Origin: an uncultured Candidatus Binatia bacterium
GTDB taxonomy: Bacteria; Desulfobacterota; Binatia; Bin18
Direction: 5' to 3'
DNA length: 64,000 nucleotides
NCBI GenBank assembly: GCA_965214605.1
Contig: OZ243961.1
Span: 192,001 to 256,000 of the forward strand
Position 1 is the stretch's first letter, and each line of letters opens with the position of its first letter. The notes under the pieces were generated by a model. It worked only from the letters and a program-made list of their open reading frames with translations. It made no database searches and was not told the origin of the DNA. The translations under genes and the position numbers were made by a program. Of this stretch, positions 52,989-64,000 are shown piece by piece.

Positions 52989-53099
52989 ATGGGGTATCTA
53001 CGTGAACTGTTTGGTGGTAACCCGTTATTGATGGGAGCGTTTCTCGGGATCGTCATTGCCGCAACGGTTATTTTCCTTGCCGAGCGGAGGCGATCCTAA
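52989..53099 (+). CDS. Putative 36-aa single-TM small protein
   Basis: MGYLRELFGGNPLLMGAFLGIVIAATVIFLAERRRS; GAGG RBS; followed by a terminator. Confidence 0.5.
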   Translation: MGYLRELFGGNPLLMGAFLGIVIAATVIFLAERRRS

Positions 53100-53120
53100 A
53101 GCGGAGCGGCCATTGAAAGG

Positions 53121-53148
53121 GTTCCTCTTCCCGGCCGGGAAGAGGAAC
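53121..53148. terminator. Perfect 28-bp palindrome between convergent genes (bidirectional terminator-like)
   Basis: gttcctcttcccgg|ccgggaagaggaac. Confidence 0.65.
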
Positions 53149-53156
53149 TGAGCCGC

Positions 53157-53711
53157 TTAGCCCTCAATACCGAGTCGCTGCTTGCCCTCGGCCGAGATCA
53201 TCTCCGGTCCCCAGGGCGGATCCCAAACGACCTGCACGTCGGCCTCTTCGACTCCCGGCAGGCTCTCAATCCGGTGCTGGGCATCCATAGCAATGGCCGG
53301 ACCCATGCCGCAGCCCTGCGCGGTGAGCGTCATCTTGACCTCGACTTTGCTCTCGCCGTTGGGCAGCGACTGCAGCTGCATATCGTACACCAGCCCTAAG
53401 TCCACAATATTTACCGGAATCTCGGGGTCATAGACATTTTTGAGGGCCGCCCAGACCTGCTCTTCGCTGAGCGTTCCATCGTCTGCTTCCGAGGCTGTTT
53501 CTGCTTCCACTGTGGGCCGTTTGCCAATCGCGTCGGCATCGGCATTCGACACTCGATACAAGCCGCCCAAGGTTGGCAGCTGGAGGGTATAGGTGTCGCC
53601 AAGGGCCTGGGTAATCACGCCCGGCGTGCCCTTGGGGATGATCACAGTTGTTCCCTGAGGGATCTGCACGACTTCACAGTCTCTCTGAAACTCGATTTCT
53701 TCATAGCTCAT
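53157..53711 (-). CDS. sufT: Fe-S cluster assembly protein SufT-like (DUF59)
   Basis: ITQALG, VYDPEIPVNIVDLGLVY, MTLTAQGCGMG, VWDPPW. Confidence 0.88.
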   Translation of the reverse strand: MSYEEIEFQRDCEVVQIPQGTTVIIPKGTPGVITQALGDTYTLQLPTLGGLYRVSNADADAIGKRPTVEAETASEADDGTLSEEQVWAALKNVYDPEIPVNIVDLGLVYDMQLQSLPNGESKVEVKMTLTAQGCGMGPAIAMDAQHRIESLPGVEEADVQVVWDPPWGPEMISAEGKQRLGIEG

Positions 53712-53788
53712 CAGGCTCTTCCTTTCGTCTACGGAGTAATATAATTTAGACGAATAAGGTCCATGATGTCAATTCGAAAAGCGCGGCT

Positions 53789-54712
53789 TCAGCCCTTATC
53801 TCGAAAATCCTTGAAGGCTGCCCGGACCAAATCCGGGCGGTCTTCCTGCACATAGTGGCCGCTTCGTAAAATGACCGAGATGTCCGAGGTGGGGATCTCT
53901 TTGTTGAGCTGGCGGCCGACCTCCAGCGGTACAAAGGCGTCGTGCGGTCCCCAAACCAGCAGGGTCGGGATATCCATTTGGGACAACGTGGGCGTGATTT
54001 CTTGTTCGAGCACCAAACCGGCATCAAACTCTCGGATCAACTTCCGTAGGCTCGTCCATGCTCCAGGGTCGTCCTGATAGGGCGCTAGATAGGGCCTGAG
54101 AGCGATATCGCTCATCTTGTCCTGGTCTTCCACCCCGGCTCGGAAGACGCGTTTGAGAAACCAGTCGCCGGTCAACAGCCGACCGAGCCCAGGCAGGCCG
54201 AGTAAACGGACGTTGAGGGGCGGGCTGTTGTCATACAGTGGGGCGCCGACCAGAATGAGCTTGCGGACTGCTTCAGGGTTTCGAACCGCGTGCAGAGCGA
54301 CGATCAGGGCTCCGACCCCGTGACCGCCAAGGATTGGATTTTCCAGATTGAGCTCTTGCAGAAAGGTGCTGAGCTGGGAAGTGTAGGTTTCAATATCGTA
54401 GCGCCGATCCTGAGGTTTTTCCGAATAGCCGAAGCCCATCAGGTCAAGGGTATAGACGGTTGTGCCGTAGGTCAGACCTGGGATGATGTTGCGCCAGATG
54501 TAGGACGAGGTACCAAGTCCGTGTAATAAAACCATTGGTCGGCCCAGACCTTGTTGGTCATAGTGCAGAGCTACTCCGTCGATGTTGATGTATTTTTTAT
54601 CGGGATATTTCTCTTGCAGGGCCGCGCCGGAGAGGCTGGATTGCGAGCCGCAGGCGGCCACTAGTAGAGCCACGGCGAATAGTCCCGTCCTCATCCACAT
54701 CCGATTTTTCAT
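53789..54712 (-). CDS. Alpha/beta-hydrolase-fold lipoprotein
   Basis: Lipobox LVAAC, LLHG, DLMGFGYS, SGHYVQED; nucleophile elbow reads GHGVG. Confidence 0.85.
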   Translation of the reverse strand: MKNRMWMRTGLFAVALLVAACGSQSSLSGAALQEKYPDKKYINIDGVALHYDQQGLGRPMVLLHGLGTSSYIWRNIIPGLTYGTTVYTLDLMGFGYSEKPQDRRYDIETYTSQLSTFLQELNLENPILGGHGVGALIVALHAVRNPEAVRKLILVGAPLYDNSPPLNVRLLGLPGLGRLLTGDWFLKRVFRAGVEDQDKMSDIALRPYLAPYQDDPGAWTSLRKLIREFDAGLVLEQEITPTLSQMDIPTLLVWGPHDAFVPLEVGRQLNKEIPTSDISVILRSGHYVQEDRPDLVRAAFKDFRDKG

Positions 54713-54869
54713 ATGTCTCCCCGCTTTCTTGGTCGCTTCCTCGGAACGCGAAGTTTGACACGCCTGAGGCGGACACGCACAATGGCGGCGACTCTTCTGT
54801 GAGGCTCCCGGTACTGTAGCGTTACGCTGGGCTTCCGACAAGGGGGTGCTGCGGATTAAGGAGGAGAAA

Positions 54870-55523
54870 ATGGCACAACACGAGTTGTTTGAAATCATGG
54901 CATCAACCCGGAGTATGCGCCGTCTGAAACCCGATCCGGTTCCAGACGAGCTTATTTACCAAGTCCTGGATGCCGGGATTCGAGCGCCGAGCGGGACCAA
55001 TACTCAAAACTGGCGTTTTGTGGTGGTCAAAGACCCGGATATCAAAAAACAGGTGGCTGCGGTCTACCAAAAGGGCTGGGCCCAGGTGGAACAGATGTAC
55101 GGGAGCCGCCCCGGACCCGAACATATGGAAGAGGGCAAGTTTCGCCGTCTGATCGACGCTGCTTCGTATCTGGCCCAAAACATGGCCGAGGTCCCGGTCC
55201 TCCTGTTCGCCTGTCTCAAAGAACGGGCTATGCCGCCTGAGCTCGCGGCGAGACTCGCGCGTTTGTCCGGCTCAAGTATTTATCCCGCGGTCCAGAATAT
55301 GCTGCTGGCATGTCGCGCCCTAGGACTCGGTGCCACCCTGACAACGGTTGCCTCGCTCCACGAAGAAGCAATTCGGACCGTTTTACAGCTGCCCGCAGAC
55401 GTTTCGACCTATGCCTTGCTGCCAATCGGCTACCCTATGGGCAGGTTTGGACCAGTAACACGCGTCCCAGTTGAAGAGGTGAGCTGTGTCGATCAGTGGG
55501 GAACGCCGTTCAAAAAAGGCTGA
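54870..55523 (+). CDS. Nitroreductase family protein
   Basis: RSMRRL, APSGTNTQNWRFVVV, QNMLLACRALGLG, PIGYP. Confidence 0.9.
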   Translation: MAQHELFEIMASTRSMRRLKPDPVPDELIYQVLDAGIRAPSGTNTQNWRFVVVKDPDIKKQVAAVYQKGWAQVEQMYGSRPGPEHMEEGKFRRLIDAASYLAQNMAEVPVLLFACLKERAMPPELAARLARLSGSSIYPAVQNMLLACRALGLGATLTTVASLHEEAIRTVLQLPADVSTYALLPIGYPMGRFGPVTRVPVEEVSCVDQWGTPFKKG

Positions 55524-55550
55524 CACTGGGCTGGAGAGGACCGGATGGGC

Positions 55551-56054
55551 TCATCCCTTCCGGTTTTTCTCGTTCAACAGGGTGGTAATCGCCCACTCAT
55601 AGCCGTCAACCAGCGCCATCCAGGCCGAAGCCAGCAGGTCGCGCGATTTTCGCATGGTGCTCCACTGCTGCTGACCGTCGCTAAATTTCATAATCGACAC
55701 CACCTCGGCGGCGGTCCCACTTCCGCCCCGGTGGGTGTACAACTCGACGAGCCGTACATCTCTGATGATAAGCGGAAAATGGTGGAGTAAGACCCGGCGC
55801 AAAGCCGAATCTAGGGCCTGGACGCCGCCCACCCCCTGGGCAGTCTCACTGTCTTCCTGGCCGTTTATCTTGACAACCACCACGGCGTCTATAGCACGAT
55901 GTCCTTCCCACTCTTCATCAACCACCCGCCAGCGGACGATTTCGAATGGTGGACAGTAGCTCTGGTCTTGCCGCCAGCGGGCCACATCTTGCGATGCCTG
56001 GGGCGTTGCGACGGCGTCGAAGAATTCCTTGGACGGTTGCTGGTGTCGTGTCAT
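55551..56054 (-). CDS. Stand-alone LeuA/CimA-type allosteric (regulatory) domain protein
   Basis: AQGVGGVQALDSALR, SGTAAEV, WSTM...ASWMALVDGYEW resemble the citramalate synthase C-terminus. Confidence 0.65.
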   Translation of the reverse strand: MTRHQQPSKEFFDAVATPQASQDVARWRQDQSYCPPFEIVRWRVVDEEWEGHRAIDAVVVVKINGQEDSETAQGVGGVQALDSALRRVLLHHFPLIIRDVRLVELYTHRGGSGTAAEVVSIMKFSDGQQQWSTMRKSRDLLASAWMALVDGYEWAITTLLNEKNRKG

Positions 56055-56102
56055 GGAGACTTCCTGTGAGTGCTGAGTGAGACGCTTGATGGACTGGGCA
56101 TT

Positions 56103-56342
56103 TTACTCATCCCCTAAGGTGTCCCAGTGAATTTCCCAAAATTGGGGCAGGGGTGGGGCAAACTCGAAATGCCCGCCAAAGCACGCAAAGCTGGGTTGAT
56201 GGGATAAACGCTCACGCAGCAGATGGAGATACTCCTCAAGCTCACGCTCACTTGGGCCACCCGACGCGCTGCTAGCGGTCGGGGCGCCTATATCCATGCG
56301 CCGGCGGTGGCCACATTTTTGACAACTGATATCGACGTGCAT
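56103..56342 (-). CDS. Hypothetical small protein with CxxC
   Basis: CQKCGH...CFGGH; fills the gap cleanly and is codirectional with its neighbour. Confidence 0.55.
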   Translation of the reverse strand: MHVDISCQKCGHRRRMDIGAPTASSASGGPSERELEEYLHLLRERLSHQPSFACFGGHFEFAPPLPQFWEIHWDTLGDE

Positions 56343-56417
56343 AGGTTCCCCTGGATTTGTTGCCCTGAACCAGATACATAATACTGCCTACATGACTCCA
56401 AAGGAGGCTGCAAGCGC

Positions 56418-56771
56418 ATGCCGTTGGTCACATTTGTTAAGCAAGAGCTGAGTGTTGAGGTGCCCCAAGGGGCGAACCTGCGAGAAGTAGCGCTGGAGCA
56501 TAAAATTAACCTGTACACGTTTCCTGATAGCTTACTCAACTGTCGGGGTCGCGGCCTGTGCGGCACCTGTCGGGTGCAGGTGGACGATCATCGGGCGCTC
56601 TCCGAACGCACGATAGCGGATGAAAAAAAGAACGGCTGGGAGGGCAAAACCTACCGTTTAGCCTGCCAAGCGCAGGTGCTTGACGATGTGTCGGTTGTCA
56701 CGAGTCCGCGCCGGCTCCTGGGCTGGATGAACCATCCGACTTACGCCAGTATGAAAAAAGAAGGCGCCTAA
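56418..56771 (+). CDS. 2Fe-2S ferredoxin
   Basis: NCRGRGLCGTC...RLACQ. Confidence 0.88.
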   Translation: MPLVTFVKQELSVEVPQGANLREVALEHKINLYTFPDSLLNCRGRGLCGTCRVQVDDHRALSERTIADEKKNGWEGKTYRLACQAQVLDDVSVVTSPRRLLGWMNHPTYASMKKEGA

Positions 56772-56881
56772 TTGTCTAAGCCCAGACCACGACATCTTGT
56801 AGATCAGTGGGTGTTCTTGTCAAAGGGATAGCGCTTTGATAGGAAAAACTATGCTCATAGTGGCAAGCATAGTCAGAACTG

Positions 56882-58413
<1,532 letters not shown>

Positions 58414-58444
58414 CACGAAACACTTTTCGCGCTAACACAGCCCT

Positions 58445-59971
58445 ATGATTCTTATCCTTGACTTTGGCAGTCAGTACACCCAGCTGATCGCTCGACGCGT
58501 GCGGGAGGCCCAGGTGTATTGCGAAATTCATTCCTACTCACTGGCAGCCAAGGCCATCCGCGAGCTGCAACCGGAGGGTATCATTCTGTCGGGTGGACCG
58601 GCCAGTGTGTACGAGGCCGATGCACCCATGCTGGAGGCGGCGGTGATTGATACGCCGGTGCCTTTTCTGGGCATCTGCTACGGTATGGGAGTCTTGCACC
58701 AGCTTGCCGGGGCCAAGATCGCCAGGGCTGAGCGACGCGAGTTTGGGGCGGCCCGGCTGTTTGTTGACGACAGGCGTGATCTGTTTGCCGGATTTTCAGA
58801 TGCCGATTCCAGCCAGGTGTGGATGAGTCACGGTGATAAATCAGAGCGTCTGCCGGACGGCTGGTCTGTGCTGGCCCATTCGCCCAACTCTCCAATCGCT
58901 GCCTGCCGCGACGCCTCAGGACGCCTGTTTGGCGTGCAGTTTCATCCCGAGGTGGTCCATACCGAGCGCGGGCGCGAAGTGTTGCATAATTTCCTGTTTC
59001 AGGTCTGTGGCTGCCAGCCCAACTGGACGATGGAAGGCTTTGTCGAGTACGAGATCGGCCGCATCCGTGAACAGGTAGGCGACGGTCGGGTGGTGTGCGG
59101 GTTGAGCGGTGGTGTGGATTCCGCGGTGGTGGCCGCCCTACTCAGCCGGGCGATCGGTGAGCGCCTGACGTGCATTTTCGTGGATAACGGTCTGCTGCGC
59201 CAGGGCGAAGCCGAACAGGTCGAGCAGACCTTCTCCGACCTGGAGATTCGACTGCGGTGTGTGAATGCAGCCGAACGCTTTCTCAAAAATCTGAGCGGCG
59301 TTGAAGACCCGGAGCGCAAGCGCCGTATTATCGGCCACACCTTTATCGACGTCTTTGAAGAAGTTGCCCGACCGTTGGAGGCCGACTTTCTGGCCCAGGG
59401 GACTCTGTATCCGGACGTAATTGAATCGGTGTCGTTCAAGGGCCCGTCGGCTACCATCAAAAGCCACCACAACGTCGGTGGCCTGCCTGAGCGCATGCGG
59501 CTGGCCCTGATTGAACCCTTGCGTGAGTTGTTCAAAGACGAGGTCCGGGGGCTGGGGCGGGTCTTGGGGCTGTCTGAGGAGATTGTTGGACGCCAGCCTT
59601 TCCCCGGTCCAGGGCTGGCTATTCGTCTGCTGGGCGCGGTCGAGGAGTCACAGCTGGCGCTCCTACGCCAGGCCGACGCCATCGTTGATGAGGAGATCCG
59701 AGCGACGGATTTCTACCATAAAATGTGGCAAACCTTTGCCGTCCTGCTCCCGGTCAAAAGCGTTGGGGTGATGGGAGACGCCCGGACCTACGAGAACGTG
59801 GTCGCTATTCGGGCGGTTGAGAGCGTAGACGGTATGACCGCGGACTGGGCCCGGTTGCCGCACGAGGTGCTGAGCACCATATCGAATCGCATCATCAATG
59901 AAGTCCGAGGGATCAACCGGGTCGTGCTGGATATTTCTTCTAAGCCGCCGGCAACGATTGAGTGGGAATGA
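58445..59971 (+). CDS. guaA: GMP synthase (glutamine-hydrolysing)
   Basis: [37 protein letters not shown]. Confidence 0.97.
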   Translation: MILILDFGSQYTQLIARRVREAQVYCEIHSYSLAAKAIRELQPEGIILSGGPASVYEADAPMLEAAVIDTPVPFLGICYGMGVLHQLAGAKIARAERREFGAARLFVDDRRDLFAGFSDADSSQVWMSHGDKSERLPDGWSVLAHSPNSPIAACRDASGRLFGVQFHPEVVHTERGREVLHNFLFQVCGCQPNWTMEGFVEYEIGRIREQVGDGRVVCGLSGGVDSAVVAALLSRAIGERLTCIFVDNGLLRQGEAEQVEQTFSDLEIRLRCVNAAERFLKNLSGVEDPERKRRIIGHTFIDVFEEVARPLEADFLAQGTLYPDVIESVSFKGPSATIKSHHNVGGLPERMRLALIEPLRELFKDEVRGLGRVLGLSEEIVGRQPFPGPGLAIRLLGAVEESQLALLRQADAIVDEEIRATDFYHKMWQTFAVLLPVKSVGVMGDARTYENVVAIRAVESVDGMTADWARLPHEVLSTISNRIINEVRGINRVVLDISSKPPATIEWE

Positions 59972-59977
59972 TTCCAC

Positions 59978-60061
59978 GTCTGGCAGTATCAGGCAGGTAA
60001 ATTCACTATAACCCATTGTATTAAATGGGTTTTTTCTTATATTGTCTGGCAGTATCAGGCA
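59978..60061 (+). repeat. 18-bp direct repeat pair flanking an inverted repeat (att-arm-like island edge)
   Basis: gtctggcagtatcaggca at 59978-59995 and 60044-60061; aacccatt/aatgggtt at 60010-60031. Confidence 0.75.
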
Positions 60062-60276
60062 TTCTCTAGCACCGTCAAGCAAGCTTTTTTAATGGTATAT
60101 TTGCAGGTAATCTGGAGTACGACAAAAGTGAAAAGAGGTACTTCGCATCTAGCAAGTTTAATCCACGTTTTTTTAAGCCCGATTCAGATCAGTATTTATC
60201 GCAACTACGCATGGTCACTGACGGAAGCAGCGCGCCGCAGGAGACCTGGCTGTCAAAACTACCCGACGTCGCATGG

Positions 60277-60811
60277 ATGCTGATACCGTATCGTCGGATC
60301 GAACTGCCGTCCTTCGTTCACTGCTAGCAGCTATACGAGAAGAAAAGCTGTTGAAGTTCGGTACCAGTCAATGAGCCCGAACCGACCAGAGGCAATCTGG
60401 CGTGTCATAAACCCACATGCATTTGGAAGCGACGGGCTCCGGTGGTATGTGCGGGCTTATTGCCACATCTCACACATGTTCAAAGACTTTGTGCTTTCGC
60501 GTTGCCTTAAGTGCCACGAGGCCGGCGCGGCCGAAGCGAAAGCATCAGAAGATAAGCAATGGCACGACATGATAGAAGTAAAGCTCATTCCCAATCCGAA
60601 GCTTTCAGAGTTACAACAAAGAATAATTACCTCAGATTACGATATGAAAAACAATTATTTATCTCTTAAACTCAGAAAGTCTCTCATCTGTGATTTCAAC
60701 AAGCGATTCCGCTTAGATGTCGCCAACGCCTTGGACGACCCCCAGGAAGTGCCGGTTGTGGTTGCTGATAAAGAAGCCTTCGATAACGCACTCAACGAGG
60801 CCATGGGGTGA
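60277..60811 (+). pseudogene. 5'-truncated, frameshifted WYL-domain regulator (CapW/BrxR-like)
   Basis: VRYQSMS, PHAFGSDGLRWYVRAYC, FKDFVLSR, PNPKLS; frameshift near 60300 and no N-terminal wHTH. Confidence 0.75.
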
Positions 60812-60889
60812 GTGTCGGAGACAAATTGTTCACAGGCAAGCGAGGTGCTCGGTTTGCATGTTGAACAGGCGGACACTCGGAGGCCGAGA

Positions 60890-63800
60890 ATGACGGATAC
60901 AAAATCAGCGACATTGGAAGACCTGAAAGCTGGTGCTTCAGTTCAGGGTTTGACGCCCTCAGGAACAGCCAAGGTCGTCAATATAGAGTGGTTTGGCGAC
61001 CAGGCCGTAAAAGTGATATTTGAGGATTCTAACGGTAGTGTTCAGGATCGCCTCATCTCCCGGGATGAGGAACATACGCTCAAAATCGCATCTGCCGGAA
61101 GAACATGGTCTTTTGATGCAGACAGCGAACTGCTGCGCCTAGTAACTGAGGCGAACAGAATCAAACTCGCACATCATTTCGATCCCTATCTCGCCATTCA
61201 CACGAGCCTTGTTCAGCCACTCCCGCACCAGATAACCGCCGTATATGGAGAAATGCTGCCAAGACAGCCGCTTCGTTTCTTGCTCGCCGATGATCCAGGC
61301 GCAGGCAAGACGATAATGGCCGGGTTGCTGATCAAGGAGCTGATTGCCAGAGGCGATCTTGAGAGGTGCCTCGTTGTGGCACCAGGCAGCCTAGTCGAGC
61401 AATGGCAAGATGAGCTTGGAGAAAAGTTCAATCTGGAGTTCGACATTCTGAGCCGGGACATGATCGAAAACTCCCGATCAGGCAATCCGTTCAATGATCG
61501 GAATCACCTGATTGCCCAGCTGGACGTGCTATCTCGTAATGAAGAGCTACAGGAGAAGCTCATTCGCTCGAACGAATGGGATGTCGTAATCTCGGACGAA
61601 GCGCACCGGATGTCTGCGAGCTATTTTGGCGGAGAGGTGAAATACACCAAGCGCTATCAACTCGGACAAAAGCTTGGCCGAATATGCCGCCACTTGCTAT
61701 TGATGTCGGCGACACCTCACAACGGCAAGGAAGAAGATTTTCAGCTCTTCATGGCGCTCCTCGACGGGGACCGCTTTGAAGGTCGCTTCCGAGATGGCGT
61801 GCATTACGCCGACACGGAAGACATGATGCGCCGCCTCACCAAAGAAGAGCTGCTGAAGTTCGACGGCACGCCGCTATTCCCAGAGAGACGCGCCTACACG
61901 GTCAAATACGATCTGTCTGATGAGGAAGCCTCGCTTTACGCGGCGGTCACGGAGTATGTCCGAACCGAGATGAACCGGGTCCAGCGCTTCGCAGAGGAAG
62001 ACGGCAAGAAGCGGAACAACGTAGGGTTTGCTCTGCAAATCCTACAGCGCCGCCTGGCCTCTTCACCGGCAGCCATCTACCAGTCTCTGAAACGTCGTCG
62101 TGAAAGGCTGGAGAACGAGCTTGCCGAAGCCCGGCTTATCGCAAGAGGCAAAAAATTTGACCTTTCGTCGAGCGCTGAAATGCTCAGCGACGAAGTGCTG
62201 AAAAACATCGACGAGTATGGCGAGGACGAAGTCGAGGAATTTGAAGAGACGATTTCGACAACAGCAACCACGGCCGAGAGTGTTGAGCAGCTGGAGATCG
62301 AAGTCGATACGTTGAAGCGTTTGGAGCAGCAGGCACTGGTTATCTTACGCTCCGGCAAAGACACCAAGTGGCTTCAGCTGAACAAGATACTTGATGATGA
62401 GTTGATGATCGACAGTGAAGGTATACGTCGAAAGCTGATTATCTTCACAGAAGCAAAGGACACATTGAATTATCTTGCAGGAAAAATTCGAACGCGACTG
62501 GGTAAACCAGAGAACGTCGAAGTTATACACGGCGGGGTAGCACGAGAAGAGCGTCGAAAGGTCATCCACAGATTCATGCAGGATCGGGATTTGATGATTC
62601 TGGTGGCTAACGACGCCGCTGGCGAAGGTGTAAACCTTCAGCGCGGGCATATGATGGTCAATTACGACCTTCCCTGGAATCCCAACAAAATCGAACAGCG
62701 GTTCGGTCGAATCCACCGCATTGGGCAGACAGAGGTGTGCCACCTTTGGAATCTCGTCGCGGCAGAGACGAGAGAGGGAGAAGTATATGCGCGATTACTT
62801 GAAAAACTCGAAACAGCCCGGAGCGCACTCAAGGGGCGTGTCTACGATGTTCTGGGAGAATTATTCGAAGGCACATCGTTAAAGGACTTGCTCTGGGATG
62901 CAATCCAATACGGAGAGCGAGACGATGTAAAAGCAAACCTCTTCAAGCAGATCGACGGAGCGGTTGATTACCACCACATCGAACATCTTTTGAAGAAACG
63001 AAAACTAACAAACGACATGATGCCCGAGTCTGCGGTTGAGAGAGCCCGCCTCGAAATGGAACGGGCAGAGGCGCAGCGATTGCAGCCGCATCACATTCAA
63101 AGTTTTTTCATTGAAGCATTCAAGCATTTGGGTGGCCGCATCAAGGATCGGGAAGAAGGCCGGTTCGAGATCACGCATGTTCCAGTACGAGTACGGGAGC
63201 GGGACAGGCTAATCGGAACCGGTGCGCCTATTCAAAAGCGTTTTGAGCGTGTTTGTTTCGACAAGCAGTTCATTAACCGGCAGCCCGTCGCCGAGTTCGT
63301 GTGCCCGGGTCACCCGCTGCTAGAGTCAGTAATAAGCTTGATTCGCGAGCAATATGGCGATCTCATGAAGCTCGGCGCGATCATGGTAGACGAGACCGAT
63401 CCAGGCGAGGATATTCGAGCTGTCTTCTTGCTGGAACACAGCATAGAAGACGGACGGAAAACAAGTTCAGGCGCAGCACAGATTGTATCTCAACGACTGC
63501 AATTCGCGAGCATTCAGGAAGACGGAACAGTTACCAATGCGGGGATAGCACCACATTTGAATTTGCGAGCGGTAACTCCCGACGAGACAGATACAGTCAG
63601 GCAAAACCTTACTGCCAACTGGCTTTCAGATGATCTGGAATCGAAGGTCAAACAGTTCGCCATCATGGAGTTGGCTCAAGGACACCTCAAGGAGGTAAAG
63701 GAAAGACGACTACCTGAAGTAGAGAAGACCGAGAGAGAGGTTCAAGCACGCCTCAAGAAAGAGATAAATTTCTGGGATTCACGGGCCTTTGAGCTTAAAG

Positions 63801-64000
63801 AGCAAGCAAAGTCCGGCAAGAAGACCCGGCTGAATTGGGAGAATGCACAGCGCAGGGCTGAAGACCTAGCTGACCGATTAAAGCGCAGGATGGAACAACT
63901 CGCCCAAGAGAGAAGCATTACTGCTTCCGCACCTGTAGTCCGTGGAGGATTAATAGTAATCCCACAAGGTCTCCTCAGCAGAGCAAACGCAGAAGGGGAA
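60890..64000 (+). CDS. SNF2-family helicase (runs off the window end; absent from the ORF track)
   Basis: ATG at 60890 after GGAGG; PLPHQ, LLADDPGAGKT, SDEAH, SATPHNG, GEGVNLQ, NYDLPWNP, EQRFGRIHRIGQ; frame spot-checked to 64000. Confidence 0.92.
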   Translation, partial: MTDTKSATLEDLKAGASVQGLTPSGTAKVVNIEWFGDQAVKVIFEDSNGSVQDRLISRDEEHTLKIASAGRTWSFDADSELLRLVTEANRIKLAHHFDPYLAIHTSLVQPLPHQITAVYGEMLPRQPLRFLLADDPGAGKTIMAGLLIKELIARGDLERCLVVAPGSLVEQWQDELGEKFNLEFDILSRDMIENSRSGNPFNDRNHLIAQLDVLSRNEELQEKLIRSNEWDVVISDEAHRMSASYFGGEVKYTKRYQLGQKLGRICRHLLLMSATPHNGKEEDFQLFMALLDGDRFEGRFRDGVHYADTEDMMRRLTKEELLKFDGTPLFPERRAYTVKYDLSDEEASLYAAVTEYVRTEMNRVQRFAEEDGKKRNNVGFALQILQRRLASSPAAIYQSLKRRRERLENELAEARLIARGKKFDLSSSAEMLSDEVLKNIDEYGEDEVEEFEETISTTATTAESVEQLEIEVDTLKRLEQQALVILRSGKDTKWLQLNKILDDELMIDSEGIRRKLIIFTEAKDTLNYLAGKIRTRLGKPENVEVIHGGVAREERRKVIHRFMQDRDLMILVANDAAGEGVNLQRGHMMVNYDLPWNPNKIEQRFGRIHRIGQTEVCHLWNLVAAETREGEVYARLLEKLETARSALKGRVYDVLGELFEGTSLKDLLWDAIQYGERDDVKANLFKQIDGAVDYHHIEHLLKKRKLTNDMMPESAVERARLEMERAEAQRLQPHHIQSFFIEAFKHLGGRIKDREEGRFEITHVPVRVRERDRLIGTGAPIQKRFERVCFDKQFINRQPVAEFVCPGHPLLESVISLIREQYGDLMKLGAIMVDETDPGEDIRAVFLLEHSIEDGRKTSSGAAQIVSQRLQFASIQEDGTVTNAGIAPHLNLRAVTPDETDTVRQNLTANWLSDDLESKVKQFAIMELAQGHLKEVKERRLPEVEKTEREVQARLKKEINFWDSRAFELKEQAKSGKKTRLNWENAQRRAEDLADRLKRRMEQLAQERSITASAPVVRGGLIVIPQGLLSRANAEGE

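Overview
Bacterial chromosome segment whose gene order and sequences look deltaproteobacterial or Binatota-like (inference). Housekeeping blocks are queA-tgt-yajC-secDF-recJ, efp, smc-ftsY-zapB-zapA-rny-tyrS-era, a CoA-dependent catabolic cluster, metF, sufT and guaBA. Three accessory zones interrupt them. (1) 10015-15255: a 5.2-kb insert bracketed by a 301-bp direct repeat (6 mismatches by eye). It holds decayed MOBF relaxase and coupling-protein pseudogenes plus an intact, translationally coupled TIR / SLOG / ThsB-like TIR operon with no recognisable dedicated effector. (2) ~15.4-31 kb: a zinc/metal island with ZIP, CDF-like, ZnuABC-like, MerC-like and His/Asp-rich outer-membrane genes headed by a CxxC/RAPP leader ORF and a Zur-like box. 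It also has a Fur-family regulator, zinc-motif-free L28 and L33, an orphan Cys-free L24, a Csp copper-storage protein, and a SAM methyltransferase with an in-frame TGA in a CxxC-type position followed by a SECIS-like hairpin (candidate selenoprotein). (3) From the guaA 3' end: an island edge with att-like repeats, a broken WYL gene and a SNF2 helicase running off the window. No rRNA, tRNA or CRISPR array was recognised. All calls come from reading the sequence; no searches were run.
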